A stretch of DNA of 64,000 nt from Candidatus Spongiisociaceae bacterium (GCA_965202665.1 OZ241841.1:384001-448000), one strand, 5' to 3'. Numbered from the stretch's first letter, positions 28,428 to 39,735 are shown. Notes: generated by a model from the sequence alone, not told the origin. Program-made: numbers and translations.

Positions 28428-29546
28428 TTACCCTCCGTTGTGGGTTACAAAACGCCCGTCGGGACGGTGGGCGTTGGAATAGTCCCGGCAGGAGTCGGCC
28501 AAAGCCCGCAACACTTCCATTTTGGTGCCCAGCGGCACCGAACCCTCCGGGGCGATCCCCTGCACCCCCGCCTCCAGCACCGCCATACAGGCGTCGTAGG
28601 TGTCCTGGTAGGTGCCGCTGAACAGGGTGGTCGGGTTATTGATGTTGCCCATCAGGGACATGCGCCCGTCGGTGATGCTCATGGCCTTATACGGGTCCAC
28701 CTGCGATTCGAAGTGGAAGCAGTCCCATCCCGCTTCGGCGAAGTAGTCGATGCGGTCGGTGGTTTCCCCGCAACAGTGCAGGATGCCGGGCCCGCCCATC
28801 TCGGCGGAAATGTGCTGGTGCATTTCCAGCAGGAAATCCCGGTAGGTTTCGGGGCTGACCAACTCCCGGTTGGCGTGGTCGCACCACATCACCGCGTCCG
28901 CCCCCGCCTCGAACTGGGCGTGGGCCGACATCATGGAGGCGGGCAGCAGCACTTCCAGAAAACGGCGGATCTTGTCCGGCTCGGTGAGGGTGCCCATCAG
29001 CCAGTTCTCGATGCCCACCATATGGAACCCCACCGACCAGGCTCCGTACACCTTGCCCACGATGGCCACATCCGGATAACGTTTGCGCAACAGCCGGATG
29101 GCCCCCAGGACCGCCTGAAAAGAGCGCCTGTTCAGATAGTCGGAGGGGACTTTGAAATCCTCCGGGTCGGTCAGCACGTGGCTTTTAGTGGCGGGCCAGT
29201 TGTCCCGCTCCCCCCACCAGGTGTCGGCGTCCAAAGCGTCGGCTTCCAGCTGGGAGTGGAACACCGGCATAACCGTGTCCAAACCCAGGTTTTCGTGGGC
29301 GGTGGCGGCCAGGCGGGCCATTTTCTCCGCATCCAGATGGGCTTCGGGGAAGTCGGCGTCGGCGATGTCCATGGCCTCCAACGTCACCACCGAACTGAGG
29401 GTCATGGCCGGCACCTTGTCCACCCGCCCCCCGTACAGGGCCGACAGAAAGCGGCGGCGGGGGGTCATCCACTCCCCCGACAGCCGAGCCGTGCGGGGAG
29501 GTTCGGCCACCTCCGGTTTGCGCGCCTTGTCCCTGGTGTAAGCCAT
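28428..29546 (-). CDS. MtaA/CmuA-family (UroD-fold) methyltransferase
   Basis: FPEAHLDAEKMARLA, EADAL, ILHCCG, LMGNIN. Confidence 0.88.
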   Translation of the reverse strand: MAYTRDKARKPEVAEPPRTARLSGEWMTPRRRFLSALYGGRVDKVPAMTLSSVVTLEAMDIADADFPEAHLDAEKMARLAATAHENLGLDTVMPVFHSQLEADALDADTWWGERDNWPATKSHVLTDPEDFKVPSDYLNRRSFQAVLGAIRLLRKRYPDVAIVGKVYGAWSVGFHMVGIENWLMGTLTEPDKIRRFLEVLLPASMMSAHAQFEAGADAVMWCDHANRELVSPETYRDFLLEMHQHISAEMGGPGILHCCGETTDRIDYFAEAGWDCFHFESQVDPYKAMSITDGRMSLMGNINNPTTLFSGTYQDTYDACMAVLEAGVQGIAPEGSVPLGTKMEVLRALADSCRDYSNAHRPDGRFVTHNGG

Positions 29547-29557
29547 ACATCCCTTTC

Positions 29558-29588
29558 CTGGAAACGTTACCGGAAATTAAGGATACCA
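29558..29588 (-). promoter_or_regulatory. Extended -10 promoter plus a second LacI-type operator
   Basis: TGGTATCCT (minus strand, 29588-29580); CTGGAAACGTTACCGG at 29558-29573 next to the RBS. Confidence 0.72.
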
Positions 29589-29626
29589 TCCCCCGCCGTC
29601 TTCCCCAAAGGACGGGGCCGAAAAAC

Positions 29627-29875
29627 CTATTCGGGCGGGGGCGGGTCCACCAGCAGGGTGACCGTGTTGTCCACGATCTGCATGAAACCCCCGGCGGCCG
29701 CCACTTTGATGCGGTCGGAGCCGGATTGGATTTCCACCTCCCCGGCGGCCAAGGCGGCCATCAACGGCTCATGATGGGCCAAAATCCCCATCTCCCCTTC
29801 CAGAGTGCGGGCCACCACGAACTCGGCCTCCCCCGACCACTGCACGGCCTCCGGCGAAACCACGTCCACCCGCAT
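29627..29875 (-). CDS. atpC: ATP synthase F1 epsilon (short, beta-domain only)
   Basis: VVSPE..W, GEMGILAHH.P, GGF; position in operon. Confidence 0.92.
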   Translation of the reverse strand: MRVDVVSPEAVQWSGEAEFVVARTLEGEMGILAHHEPLMAALAAGEVEIQSGSDRIKVAAAGGFMQIVDNTVTLLVDPPPPE

Positions 29876-29878
29876 CGG

Positions 29879-31294
<1,416 letters not shown>

Positions 31295-31326
31295 TTATTC
31301 TCCCGATCTGGCTTCGCTTGGTTCGT

Positions 31327-32247
31327 TCAGCTCGCGGAGAGGGCCTGCGCGCCCCCCACGATTTCGGCTATTTCGGTGGTGATCTCCGCCTGCCGGGCCT
31401 GGTTGGCCGTGCGTGTCAGCACCTTGATCAACTCGTCGGCGTTTTCGGTGGCGGCTTTCATCGCCCGTTGCCGGCTGGCGTGTTCGGAGGCGGAACTTTC
31501 CAACAGCCTGCCGAAGATGGAGGCCTCCACGTAGCGGGGCAGCAGGCGCCCCAGAATCAGCGCCGGGTCCGGCTCGTATTCGTAGGACACCGACGACTCC
31601 CCGACAGGGACGGGCCTCTCCCCCGTTGAATCGAACCCGGTCGGCCCGGCCGGGTCGTCCCCGGAGTCCACCGGCAACAGTTGAAAAAGGGCGGGCTGTT
31701 GCGTCAAAGCCGACTGGAACACCGTGTAGAAAACCTCCACCGCATCCACCGCGCCGCCCGCGTAATCCTCCATCACCCGGGCCGCGATCCCTTCGGCGTC
31801 GGCGAAACGGGGCTGGTCGGTCACCGCCAGGAAAGATTGGGCGATGTCGTAACGGCGGAAAGCGAAATAACTCTGGGCTTTTTTTCCCACCACGTACAGG
31901 CGCACCGCCGCCCCCCCGTCCCGCAGTTCCATGATGCGCCGTTCGGCCATGCGCATGATCGACGAATTGTAGGCCCCGGCCAGTCCCCGATCGGAGGTAA
32001 TGACCAGCACCCCCGCCGTATTCGGCGCCCGCTTCTCCAAAAGGGGGTGGGTTACGTCGCCGGAGGCCCGGCCCACGTTGCGTATCACCTCCGCCATTTT
32101 TTCGGCGTAGGGGCGAGCGGCCCGCACCCGCTCCTGGGCTTTCACGATGCGGGAAGCGGCGATCAACTCCATGGCCCGGGTGATCTTTTTGGTCGATTCC
32201 ACGCTGCGGATGCGGCGGCGGATGAGGCGCAGTTCGGCGCTGGCCAT
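31327..32247 (-). CDS. atpG: ATP synthase F1 gamma
   Basis: KKITRAMEL, SDRGL, RQAEITTEI. Confidence 0.98.
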   Translation of the reverse strand: MASAELRLIRRRIRSVESTKKITRAMELIAASRIVKAQERVRAARPYAEKMAEVIRNVGRASGDVTHPLLEKRAPNTAGVLVITSDRGLAGAYNSSIMRMAERRIMELRDGGAAVRLYVVGKKAQSYFAFRRYDIAQSFLAVTDQPRFADAEGIAARVMEDYAGGAVDAVEVFYTVFQSALTQQPALFQLLPVDSGDDPAGPTGFDSTGERPVPVGESSVSYEYEPDPALILGRLLPRYVEASIFGRLLESSASEHASRQRAMKAATENADELIKVLTRTANQARQAEITTEIAEIVGGAQALSAS

Positions 32248-32253
32248 CGGGCG

Positions 32254-33786
32254 TTACTCCCCGGCGGCGAGAGTCTGCTTGAAGGCGGCGATGGCGTCCG
32301 CTATTTCATCCCCCTCCGGGAGGGCCCCGGTGCGCCGAATGACATCCAACACATGGCCGCGGCGCAACCGAACGAACTCCCGCAACTCGGCCTCGGTTCG
32401 GGAAATGTCCTCCACCGCCACATCGTCCAACAGGCCTTCGGTCACCGCGTAGATGGCCAGCACCTGCTCCTCCACCGGCGCCGGGGCGAACTGGGGCTGT
32501 TTGAGGACTTCCACCACCCGCCGCCCCCGCTCCAGCTGGGCCAGGGAAGCGTCGTCCAACTCGGAGCCGAACTCGGCGAAGGCCTCCAGTTCCCGGTACT
32601 GGGCCAAGTTGAGCCGCAACGGGCCGGCCACCTTCTTCATCGCCCCGATCTGGGCGTTGCCCCCCACCCGGGAAACTGAAATGCCGGCGTTCATCGCCGG
32701 GCGTATGCCGGAGAAAAACAGGTCGGTCTCCAAGAAAATCTGGCCGTCGGTGATGGAAATCACGTTGGTGGGAATGTAGGCGGAAACATCGTTGGCCTTG
32801 GTTTCGATCAGGGGCAGGCCGGTGAGCGAACCGCCCCCCAGTTCGTCGGACAGTTTGGCGCACCGTTCCAGCAGGCGGCTGTGCAGATAGAACACGTCCC
32901 CCGGATAGGCTTCCCGCCCCGGCGGGCGGCGCAACAGAAGCGAAATCTCCCGATAGGCCACCGCCTGCTTGGACAGATCGTCGAACACCACCAGGGAATG
33001 TCCGCCGTTGTACATCCAGTGCTGGCCGATGGCCGAACCCGCATAGGGGGCGTACATCTGCAAGGAGGGCGTGACGGAGGCCGGGGCGGCCACCACCACC
33101 GTGTACTCCATGGCCCCCGCCTCCTCCAAGGCGGCCACCACCTCCGCCACCGTGGAAGCCTTCTGGCCGATGGCCACGTACACGCATTTCACCTCGTCGG
33201 GGGTGCCCTGGAACTGCTTCTGGTTGATGATGGTGTCCACCACGATGGCCGTTTTGCCGGTTTGCCGGTCGCCGATGATCAGCTGGCGCTGGCCCCGCCC
33301 GATGGGGGTCATGGAATCGATGGCTTTGATGCCGGTCTGCAACGGCTCATGCACCGGCTGGCGCTCCACCACCGACGGGGCCTGGGTTTCCAAAAGCCGC
33401 CGTTCGTCGTGGGGGATGTCGCCTTTGCCGTCCAAAGGCTCGCCCAGCGGGTCCACCACCCGTCCCAGCAACCCGTCCCCCACCGGCACCGACAGCACAT
33501 GGCCGGTCTGCTTCACCGGGTCGCCCTCTTCGATGTGGGAGGCTTCGCCCATCACCACCACCCCCAGGTCGTCCTCGTCCAAGTTGAGGGCCACTCCCAT
33601 CAGCCCGCCGGGGAACTCCAAAAGTTCGGAGGCGGCCGCGTTGGGCAGGCCGGACACCCGGGCCACCCCGTCGGCGATGGCCGTCACGTGCCCCACCGTC
33701 TCCTCCTCCAAACTGGGCGCCCACTCCTCGACGTGACGGCGCAGGGCGGCGGTTATGTCTTGGGTGTCAATCGTCAGTTCTGCCAT
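32254..33786 (-). CDS. atpA: ATP synthase F1 alpha
   Basis: [20 protein letters not shown]. Confidence 0.99.
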   Translation of the reverse strand: MAELTIDTQDITAALRRHVEEWAPSLEEETVGHVTAIADGVARVSGLPNAAASELLEFPGGLMGVALNLDEDDLGVVVMGEASHIEEGDPVKQTGHVLSVPVGDGLLGRVVDPLGEPLDGKGDIPHDERRLLETQAPSVVERQPVHEPLQTGIKAIDSMTPIGRGQRQLIIGDRQTGKTAIVVDTIINQKQFQGTPDEVKCVYVAIGQKASTVAEVVAALEEAGAMEYTVVVAAPASVTPSLQMYAPYAGSAIGQHWMYNGGHSLVVFDDLSKQAVAYREISLLLRRPPGREAYPGDVFYLHSRLLERCAKLSDELGGGSLTGLPLIETKANDVSAYIPTNVISITDGQIFLETDLFFSGIRPAMNAGISVSRVGGNAQIGAMKKVAGPLRLNLAQYRELEAFAEFGSELDDASLAQLERGRRVVEVLKQPQFAPAPVEEQVLAIYAVTEGLLDDVAVEDISRTEAELREFVRLRRGHVLDVIRRTGALPEGDEIADAIAAFKQTLAAGE

Positions 33787-33803
33787 TGCGCGTCTCCTGT
33801 TTT

Positions 33804-34337
33804 CTATCCTGCGACCGTTTCCCGGAGTTGCTCCAAGCGGCGCCGCACCGAACCGTCGATCACGGTGTCCCCCACCCGGGCTACCAGGCCGCCCAGCACC
33901 GACTCGTCCACCACCACCCGCACCTCCACTTCGTTGCCCACCCGCTTGGCCAAAGCGGCGGCCAGTTTCTCCACCGTTTCATCGTCCAAGGGGACGGCGC
34001 TGCGCACCTCCGCCACCGACCGGTTGCGGGCCTCGGCGGCCCTGGCCAAAAAGCGATCGGCGATCTGCGGCAGGTCGCCCGACCGCCCCAAACCGACCGC
34101 GAAGCCGACGAAGGCGGTGGTCAGGGGGTGGGCGCGGAGGGCCAGCAGGTCCTCCACCACCGCCTGTTTGCGCTCCATCGGCAACCGCCGATCCGCCAAG
34201 GCTTCGGCCAGCTCCTCGGAGGACTGCAGGGCGCGGGCCACTCGGAAAAGTTCGCCTTCCACCCGCTCCAAGGCCCCCTCCCCTTGGGCGATCTCGAAGA
34301 TGGCGGCCGCGTAGCCTTCGATGCGTGGGTCGGCCAT
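33804..34337 (-). CDS. atpH: ATP synthase delta
   Basis: YAAA.F, VD..VLGG..VGD.VIDGS. Confidence 0.96.
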   Translation of the reverse strand: MADPRIEGYAAAIFEIAQGEGALERVEGELFRVARALQSSEELAEALADRRLPMERKQAVVEDLLALRAHPLTTAFVGFAVGLGRSGDLPQIADRFLARAAEARNRSVAEVRSAVPLDDETVEKLAAALAKRVGNEVEVRVVVDESVLGGLVARVGDTVIDGSVRRRLEQLRETVAG

Positions 34338-34907
34338 TTACCGGTCCGACTCCAGTTCGGCCAGGTATTCGTCCACCAAGCCCTGTTGCGCCTGCCGGTC
34401 CAAGTTGCGGCCCACCACCTTCTCGGCCAAATCGAGGGACAGGTCGGCCACCTCCCGGCGGGCGGCGGACAAAGCGCGCTCCGACTCGGCGACGGCTTCC
34501 TCCCGGGCCCGGCTGACGATCTCCTCGGCCTCCGCCTGCGCCCTTTCCACCGTCTCGGTGCGCACCGCTTCGGCGGCGGAACGGGCCTCCTCTACGATGC
34601 CCGCCGCCTCCGACTGGGCCCCCGCCAACTGCTGGCGGTATTCGTCGGCCAGTTTCCCGGCTTCCAGTTTGGCGTCCTCCGCCTCCTGCAGGCGGGAACG
34701 CTCCGCTTCCTGGCGCTTGGCCAACGTGGCGTTCAAAGTGGGAATCACCCACTTCCACACCACCAGGAAAATAACCGCGAAGGCGATGATCCCGGCCCAC
34801 AGTTCGGAGCTGGCGGGGAGCAACAGATCCAAACCGCTGCTGCTGCTTTCCGCCTCCTCCTCCGCGGCCAGGACGGCCTGGGCCAAAATATGCGGACCCA
34901 TATCCAA
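34338..34907 (-). CDS. atpF: ATP synthase F0 subunit b
   Basis: N-terminal TM plus coiled coil; position in operon. Confidence 0.95.
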   Translation of the reverse strand: MDMGPHILAQAVLAAEEEAESSSSGLDLLLPASSELWAGIIAFAVIFLVVWKWVIPTLNATLAKRQEAERSRLQEAEDAKLEAGKLADEYRQQLAGAQSEAAGIVEEARSAAEAVRTETVERAQAEAEEIVSRAREEAVAESERALSAARREVADLSLDLAEKVVGRNLDRQAQQGLVDEYLAELESDR

Positions 34908-34935
34908 ACCTCCTAGTCCTAGTAGACCCGTCGTA

Positions 34936-35256
<321 letters not shown>

Positions 35257-35285
35257 CTAACCGTCGTCCTCCCGCATCCCGGCTT

Positions 35286-36110
35286 TCAGTGGGCCGGTTC
35301 CAGCGAAGTCTGGATGTAAACCGCCGACAGCAGGGTGAAAATGTAGGCCTGCAGCACCGCCACCACGATCTCGAACACGTAGATGGCCAGCCCGAACAGG
35401 AACCACACCACCCCGATCCCGGCTTTGGCCCCGATGTCGCCCACGCTGATGACGAACACCCACCCGGAGGCCAGAAGCAAAGTGAGCATCAGATGTCCGG
35501 CCACCATGTTGGCGAACAGCCGCACCGCCAACGTGATGGGGCGCAACACGAAGATGGACACCAACTCAATCAAGCCAACCAGCCAGCGCAGGGCGATGGG
35601 AACCGATTTGGGCCAGATGGTGTCCAACACGTAATGACCCCCGTTTTTGGCGAAGCCGACCGCCACGAACACCACCCAGGTGATGATGGCCATGAAAGCG
35701 GGCAGGGCCATGCGGGAAGTGATCGGGAAGTTGATGAGCGGGGTGACTTCGAACAGGTTCCCGATGAGGATGAAAATAAAAAGGGACAGCAGGTAGGGCA
35801 GGTATTTGGCCCCATGGGCGGGGCCGATCACCCCTTTGGCCACATCGTCGCGCACGAACCCGATCAGGGACTCCACGATGATCTCGAACTTGGAAGGAAC
35901 CAAACGGCGGCGGCGCAGGCCGAAGAAAAGAAAGGCCAGCGCCCCCAACATGGCTAGAAAAATGAGGAAAACGGTGCGGGTGAAATGGAAGCCGCCGATG
36001 CTGAACAGCGGGTCGGTGAACTCGAACAACTCGTTGACGTTGGCCGGAGCGCAGATCACCTCGCTTCGTACGTCACAGCCTTCCGCCGCCAGGATCATCC
36101 CGTTGTTCAT
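35286..36110 (-). CDS. atpB: ATP synthase F0 subunit a
   Basis: RLFANM.AGH, LQAYIF; start MNNGM. Confidence 0.97.
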   Translation of the reverse strand: MNNGMILAAEGCDVRSEVICAPANVNELFEFTDPLFSIGGFHFTRTVFLIFLAMLGALAFLFFGLRRRRLVPSKFEIIVESLIGFVRDDVAKGVIGPAHGAKYLPYLLSLFIFILIGNLFEVTPLINFPITSRMALPAFMAIITWVVFVAVGFAKNGGHYVLDTIWPKSVPIALRWLVGLIELVSIFVLRPITLAVRLFANMVAGHLMLTLLLASGWVFVISVGDIGAKAGIGVVWFLFGLAIYVFEIVVAVLQAYIFTLLSAVYIQTSLEPAH

Positions 36111-36571
36111 CTTGTCCGCTTCTCCTTGCTTTTGGCGGCTTTCGCCCGCCGCCCCGGCCCGCCCGCCCCCGTCTCCCACAGGAGCAGGGCCAGGTAGGCG
36201 ACGACCACGGTCAGCCCCAGCGCGATCCGATCCAAATCGAACAGGGCGGCCAAGACGAACATAGTAACCGTTATCAGGCCCAGCCGTACCAGAAACCCGA
36301 GCAGGGCACCGGCATGGTAGGCACCGAGGGACACTTTCGCCAAACCGGAGAGTATCAGGCCGCCCAGCAGATAATAACCGGTCACCAGCCCGATCCCAAT
36401 TGCGGAGGCGGCCAGCCCCGCCCATCCCCGCACCAGGCCGAAGACGAGGAGCAGAACCGGGCCGACGATCGCCGCCCGGCGCACGATGCTGCGGGCCATC
36501 ATCATTTCCACCGCCGGGCGTCCGGCGATGTATTCCTCCACTTCGGCGCGGGACAGGCCGGGGTCAGGCAT
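36107..36571 (-). CDS. atpI: ATP synthase subunit I-like membrane protein
   Basis: Four TM segments, directly upstream of atpB. Confidence 0.75.
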   Translation of the reverse strand: MPDPGLSRAEVEEYIAGRPAVEMMMARSIVRRAAIVGPVLLLVFGLVRGWAGLAASAIGIGLVTGYYLLGGLILSGLAKVSLGAYHAGALLGFLVRLGLITVTMFVLAALFDLDRIALGLTVVVAYLALLLWETGAGGPGRRAKAAKSKEKRTR

Positions 36572-36851
36572 CGGCGGTTTCCCCGGCTTCGGGGCCGAGG
36601 CGGGGGGCGTGCGGGGCGGAGTCGGGGCGGGAATTTTTGCCGGTGGGGGTGCGTATCAGATCCCACATCCGGTAGAAACCGGCCACCGAACCGACGATGA
36701 CCCCGGTTGCCACCAGCCACGGGTCGGTGTCCAGCCAACGGTCGGCCAGCCAGCCCAGCAAAGTCCCGGCCATGATGGAACCGAAGAAAGAACCGCCCGC
36801 CATCCACCCGTCGGACACGGCCGCCGTCGCCCCCCGGTGCGCCTCCCGCAT
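36564..36851 (-). CDS. AtpZ/AtpI-family (gene 1) membrane protein, start uncertain
   Basis: G..LGWLADRWLDTDPW motif. Confidence 0.8.
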   Translation of the reverse strand: MREAHRGATAAVSDGWMAGGSFFGSIMAGTLLGWLADRWLDTDPWLVATGVIVGSVAGFYRMWDLIRTPTGKNSRPDSAPHAPRLGPEAGETADA

Positions 36852-36903
36852 TTTGCCCGCGGTTTTCCCCGTCCCGGGCGGGGCGCCGTCCGGCGGCGCC
36901 GTC

Positions 36904-37227
36904 TCAAGACCCATTGGCCATCCCGACAATGACAATCAGCGTCCAAATGAGGATACCGGGGGCGGCGACGCTGTTCATAACCAAACCGGCGATGGCAAAA
37001 CCCCGTCCCTGGCATACGGCCTGCCCTTCCTCGTCGACCCGGCTTGAGTTGCGCAACCCGAGGGCGGAAGCGACTATTCCGACGACCACGATCGCCACTA
37101 GCGCGGGCGGTAACCAAAAAAGCGGCCAACCGATGGTCCAAATGGCGATCCCCAGGATCATGCCGGTGAGGGCCCATCCGTTGCTTGACTGGCGGGCCGG
37201 GGGAGGTTCGGGCGGGGTGACGGACAT
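36904..37227 (-). CDS. DUF4190-like membrane protein
   Basis: NGWA..G.ILGI...G..AL...QGRGFAIAGL. Confidence 0.65.
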   Translation of the reverse strand: MSVTPPEPPPARQSSNGWALTGMILGIAIWTIGWPLFWLPPALVAIVVVGIVASALGLRNSSRVDEEGQAVCQGRGFAIAGLVMNSVAAPGILIWTLIVIVGMANGS

Positions 37228-37244
37228 AGGGGGTCTCCTTTCAG

Positions 37245-38516
37245 TTATACATGGCCTGGGAAGTGGGGCGGGTAGGGGGGGAATCGCCGGGCCAAATCCC
37301 GGGCCTCTTCCCCGGCCGCCGCCACTTTACCCTGCTGGGCGCGGCCCCGCAGGGCCTGGGTAATGATACGGGCGATGCGGCGGGACTCGGATTCTTTCAT
37401 CCCGCAGGTGGTGATGCCGGGGGTGCCGATGCGCAGGCCGCTGGTGATGTAGGGGGGACGGGGGTCGTAGGGGATGCCGTTGCGGTTGAGGGTGATGCCG
37501 ATGGAGTCCAGCAAAGTCGCCGCCTCCTTGCCGGTCAGGTCCTGGTCGATGGAGCGCATATCCAACAGCATCAGATGGTTGTCGGTGCCGCCCGACACCA
37601 CCCGCACCCCCTCCTCCATGAAAGCTTCGGCCATGGCGGCGGCGTTGGCGATGATTTGGGCGGCGTAGTTTTGGAATTCGGGGGTGTCGGCTTCGCGGAA
37701 GCACACCGCCTTGCCCGCGATCTGGTTGATCAGGGGACCGCCCTGCATATCCGGGAAAACCCCTTTGTCCAGGCCTTTTCCGAATTCTTCTTTGGCCATG
37801 ATCATTCCGCCGCGGGGGCCGCGCAGTGCCTTGTGGGTGGTGGCGGTGACGATATCGGCCAGCGGGGCGGGGTTGGGCATGGCTTTGCCCGCCACCAACC
37901 CGATGAAATGGGCGGCGTCCACCATGAACAGGGCGCCCGCCTCGTCGGCGATGTCCCGGAAGGCCCGGTAGTCCAGGTGGCGGGAGTAGGCGGAGTAACC
38001 GGCCAGCAGAATTTTGGGACGATGCCGCAAGGCTTTGTCCCGCACCTCGTCCATGTCGATCTGCTCGGTTTGGGGGTCCACCCCGTAGGCGGCGAAGTTG
38101 TAGAGGCGGCCGGAGAAGTTGACCGGGGAGCCGTGGGTGAGGTGGCCGCCTTCGGCCAGGCTGAGGCCGAGCACCGTGTCGCCCGGTTGCAGATGGGCGA
38201 AGTAGACCCCCATGTTGGCCTGGGCCCCCGAGTGGGGCTGGACATTGACGTATTCGGCTTCGAACAGGGCCCGCGCCCGGGCGATGGCCAGGCTTTCCAG
38301 TTGGTCCACCACCTCGCACCCCTCGTAGTAGCGGCGACCCGGATAGCCTTCGGCGTATTTGTTGGTGTAGACCGACCCGCAGGCCTGCATCACCGCCGGG
38401 GAGGCGAAGTTCTCGGAGGCGATCAGGTGGATGTGGGTGTTCTGCCGGTCGACATCGGCCCGGATCAGATCGGCCACCGCCCCATCCACCTGCCCGAGGG
38501 AACGCATATCAGTCAT
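37245..38516 (-). CDS. glyA: Serine hydroxymethyltransferase
   Basis: LIASENF, YAEGYPGRRYY, TTHKALRGPRGG, SGLRIGT. Confidence 0.98.
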   Translation of the reverse strand: MTDMRSLGQVDGAVADLIRADVDRQNTHIHLIASENFASPAVMQACGSVYTNKYAEGYPGRRYYEGCEVVDQLESLAIARARALFEAEYVNVQPHSGAQANMGVYFAHLQPGDTVLGLSLAEGGHLTHGSPVNFSGRLYNFAAYGVDPQTEQIDMDEVRDKALRHRPKILLAGYSAYSRHLDYRAFRDIADEAGALFMVDAAHFIGLVAGKAMPNPAPLADIVTATTHKALRGPRGGMIMAKEEFGKGLDKGVFPDMQGGPLINQIAGKAVCFREADTPEFQNYAAQIIANAAAMAEAFMEEGVRVVSGGTDNHLMLLDMRSIDQDLTGKEAATLLDSIGITLNRNGIPYDPRPPYITSGLRIGTPGITTCGMKESESRRIARIITQALRGRAQQGKVAAAGEEARDLARRFPPYPPHFPGHV

Positions 38517-38727
38517 ATACCCGCCAGACTAGCCGATTTCAAAAGACGGCAAATTCGACCTTCACCGTTTTTGCCGAATAGTTGCTCTCCCGGCTCGAAA
38601 ACTGCAAGCCCGGGAGCGCGCCCATCTCCCACCACATGAGAATCCTACAACGGTTACTACGAACAAGGTCTGCCGTGAATGGGAACGCTATCATCATCAA
38701 CATCGAGAACGACGGACAAGCGCACAG

Positions 38728-39177
38728 TCAAACCAGCCACCCTTCATCGTCGTCTGGTTCTTCATCTTCGTGGTAATCTGACAACATTTCCAACGATACT
38801 GGAAGACTAGGTTGGGGTCGTATGACCTTATACACTACTCGTAATACGAGCCTTGCTGAGATTAACACTAAGGTCAAGGCAAAAAGCGTTGAAACAGTGT
38901 AGTAGATAATGTCTGGAACGGGCAACTGGAGGGGCAAATATATTTCTTCTGCCCAGGGCCAAACTATTTTTGCAATGGTAGGAACGAGAAGACAGAGCAC
39001 CGCTACTTTTACGAATGTAGGCGCCAGCCACAACCCAGGGGTTCTGGGATATCGGAGACGAACCTTGTAATCAACACTACGATAGGCAAGGACCCACACC
39101 CCGGCTAGGATAAATACACCGAACCCACCGAGTCCTAATACCACATCCATAGATAACGTAAAGTAGTCAGAAGTCAT
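38728..39177 (-). CDS. Hypothetical membrane protein (about 3 TM, acidic tail)
   Basis: AT-richer ORF; 4-nt overlap with the upstream gene. Confidence 0.65.
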   Translation of the reverse strand: MTSDYFTLSMDVVLGLGGFGVFILAGVWVLAYRSVDYKVRLRYPRTPGLWLAPTFVKVAVLCLLVPTIAKIVWPWAEEIYLPLQLPVPDIIYYTVSTLFALTLVLISARLVLRVVYKVIRPQPSLPVSLEMLSDYHEDEEPDDDEGWLV

Positions 39178-39650
39178 AAGTGGCGTGTGTCAAAATACTC
39201 GGAAACCCGTCGTTTCAATGGAGGTGGCAAGATCAACAAAACGATACGACGGGAAATATCGCAGACGATATCATGGAGATTACGATATTCCATAATCCAC
39301 TCAATTAGGATTTCGGTCCGACCCGCCCCCGGAGTTCTTTCTACCAGAAAAAGAGAATCCACCCGCTTAGCCGTATAAACACAGTAGCGCACTATATGCG
39401 GATCAGCGCAACTCAGAGCCCCTTCCGTCCATTTCGCATCACCAGGTCGTGTGCCGACTATCAACGCGTCGGGGTCCATCGCTAATCTCTCACGCGGATC
39501 ATCTTGGACACGAAAGGTAAGTCTAGTCTTTGCCAGGAGCAGATCCGGTAGCACCCACTCTATAAGAGGTCGGCCGCCACTCTCTGGGTAAAACACGGTC
39601 CAAGCCCCGGTAACTTTACACAGGAACCGCTGTTTATCAGTCATCATCAT
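39174..39650 (-). CDS. Hypothetical soluble protein, probably leaderless
   Basis: AT-richer ORF; extended -10 directly upstream. Confidence 0.6.
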   Translation of the reverse strand: MMMTDKQRFLCKVTGAWTVFYPESGGRPLIEWVLPDLLLAKTRLTFRVQDDPRERLAMDPDALIVGTRPGDAKWTEGALSCADPHIVRYCVYTAKRVDSLFLVERTPGAGRTEILIEWIMEYRNLHDIVCDISRRIVLLILPPPLKRRVSEYFDTRHL

Positions 39651-39653
39651 CTT

Positions 39654-39662
39654 ATTATAACA
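39654..39662 (-). promoter_or_regulatory. Extended -10 promoter TGTTATAAT
   Basis: Consensus TGnTATAAT, 3 nt before an ATGATGATG run; no SD. Confidence 0.65.
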
Positions 39663-39735
39663 TACTTGTAAACTAATAGTGACACTTCGCCTTGTGAACT
39701 TCCGTCTTCAGGTTGGTGAATGTTGACGTTTTCTT

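Noticed and set aside
29547-29626. Cobalamin riboswitch ahead of the corrinoid genes
   Set aside because: The leader is only about 80 nt, holds a promoter and operator, and has no B12-box.
38517-38727. Hairpins upstream of glyA as a ZTP/glycine/THF riboswitch
   Set aside because: Could not find the conserved aptamer sequences by eye; an Rfam scan would settle it.
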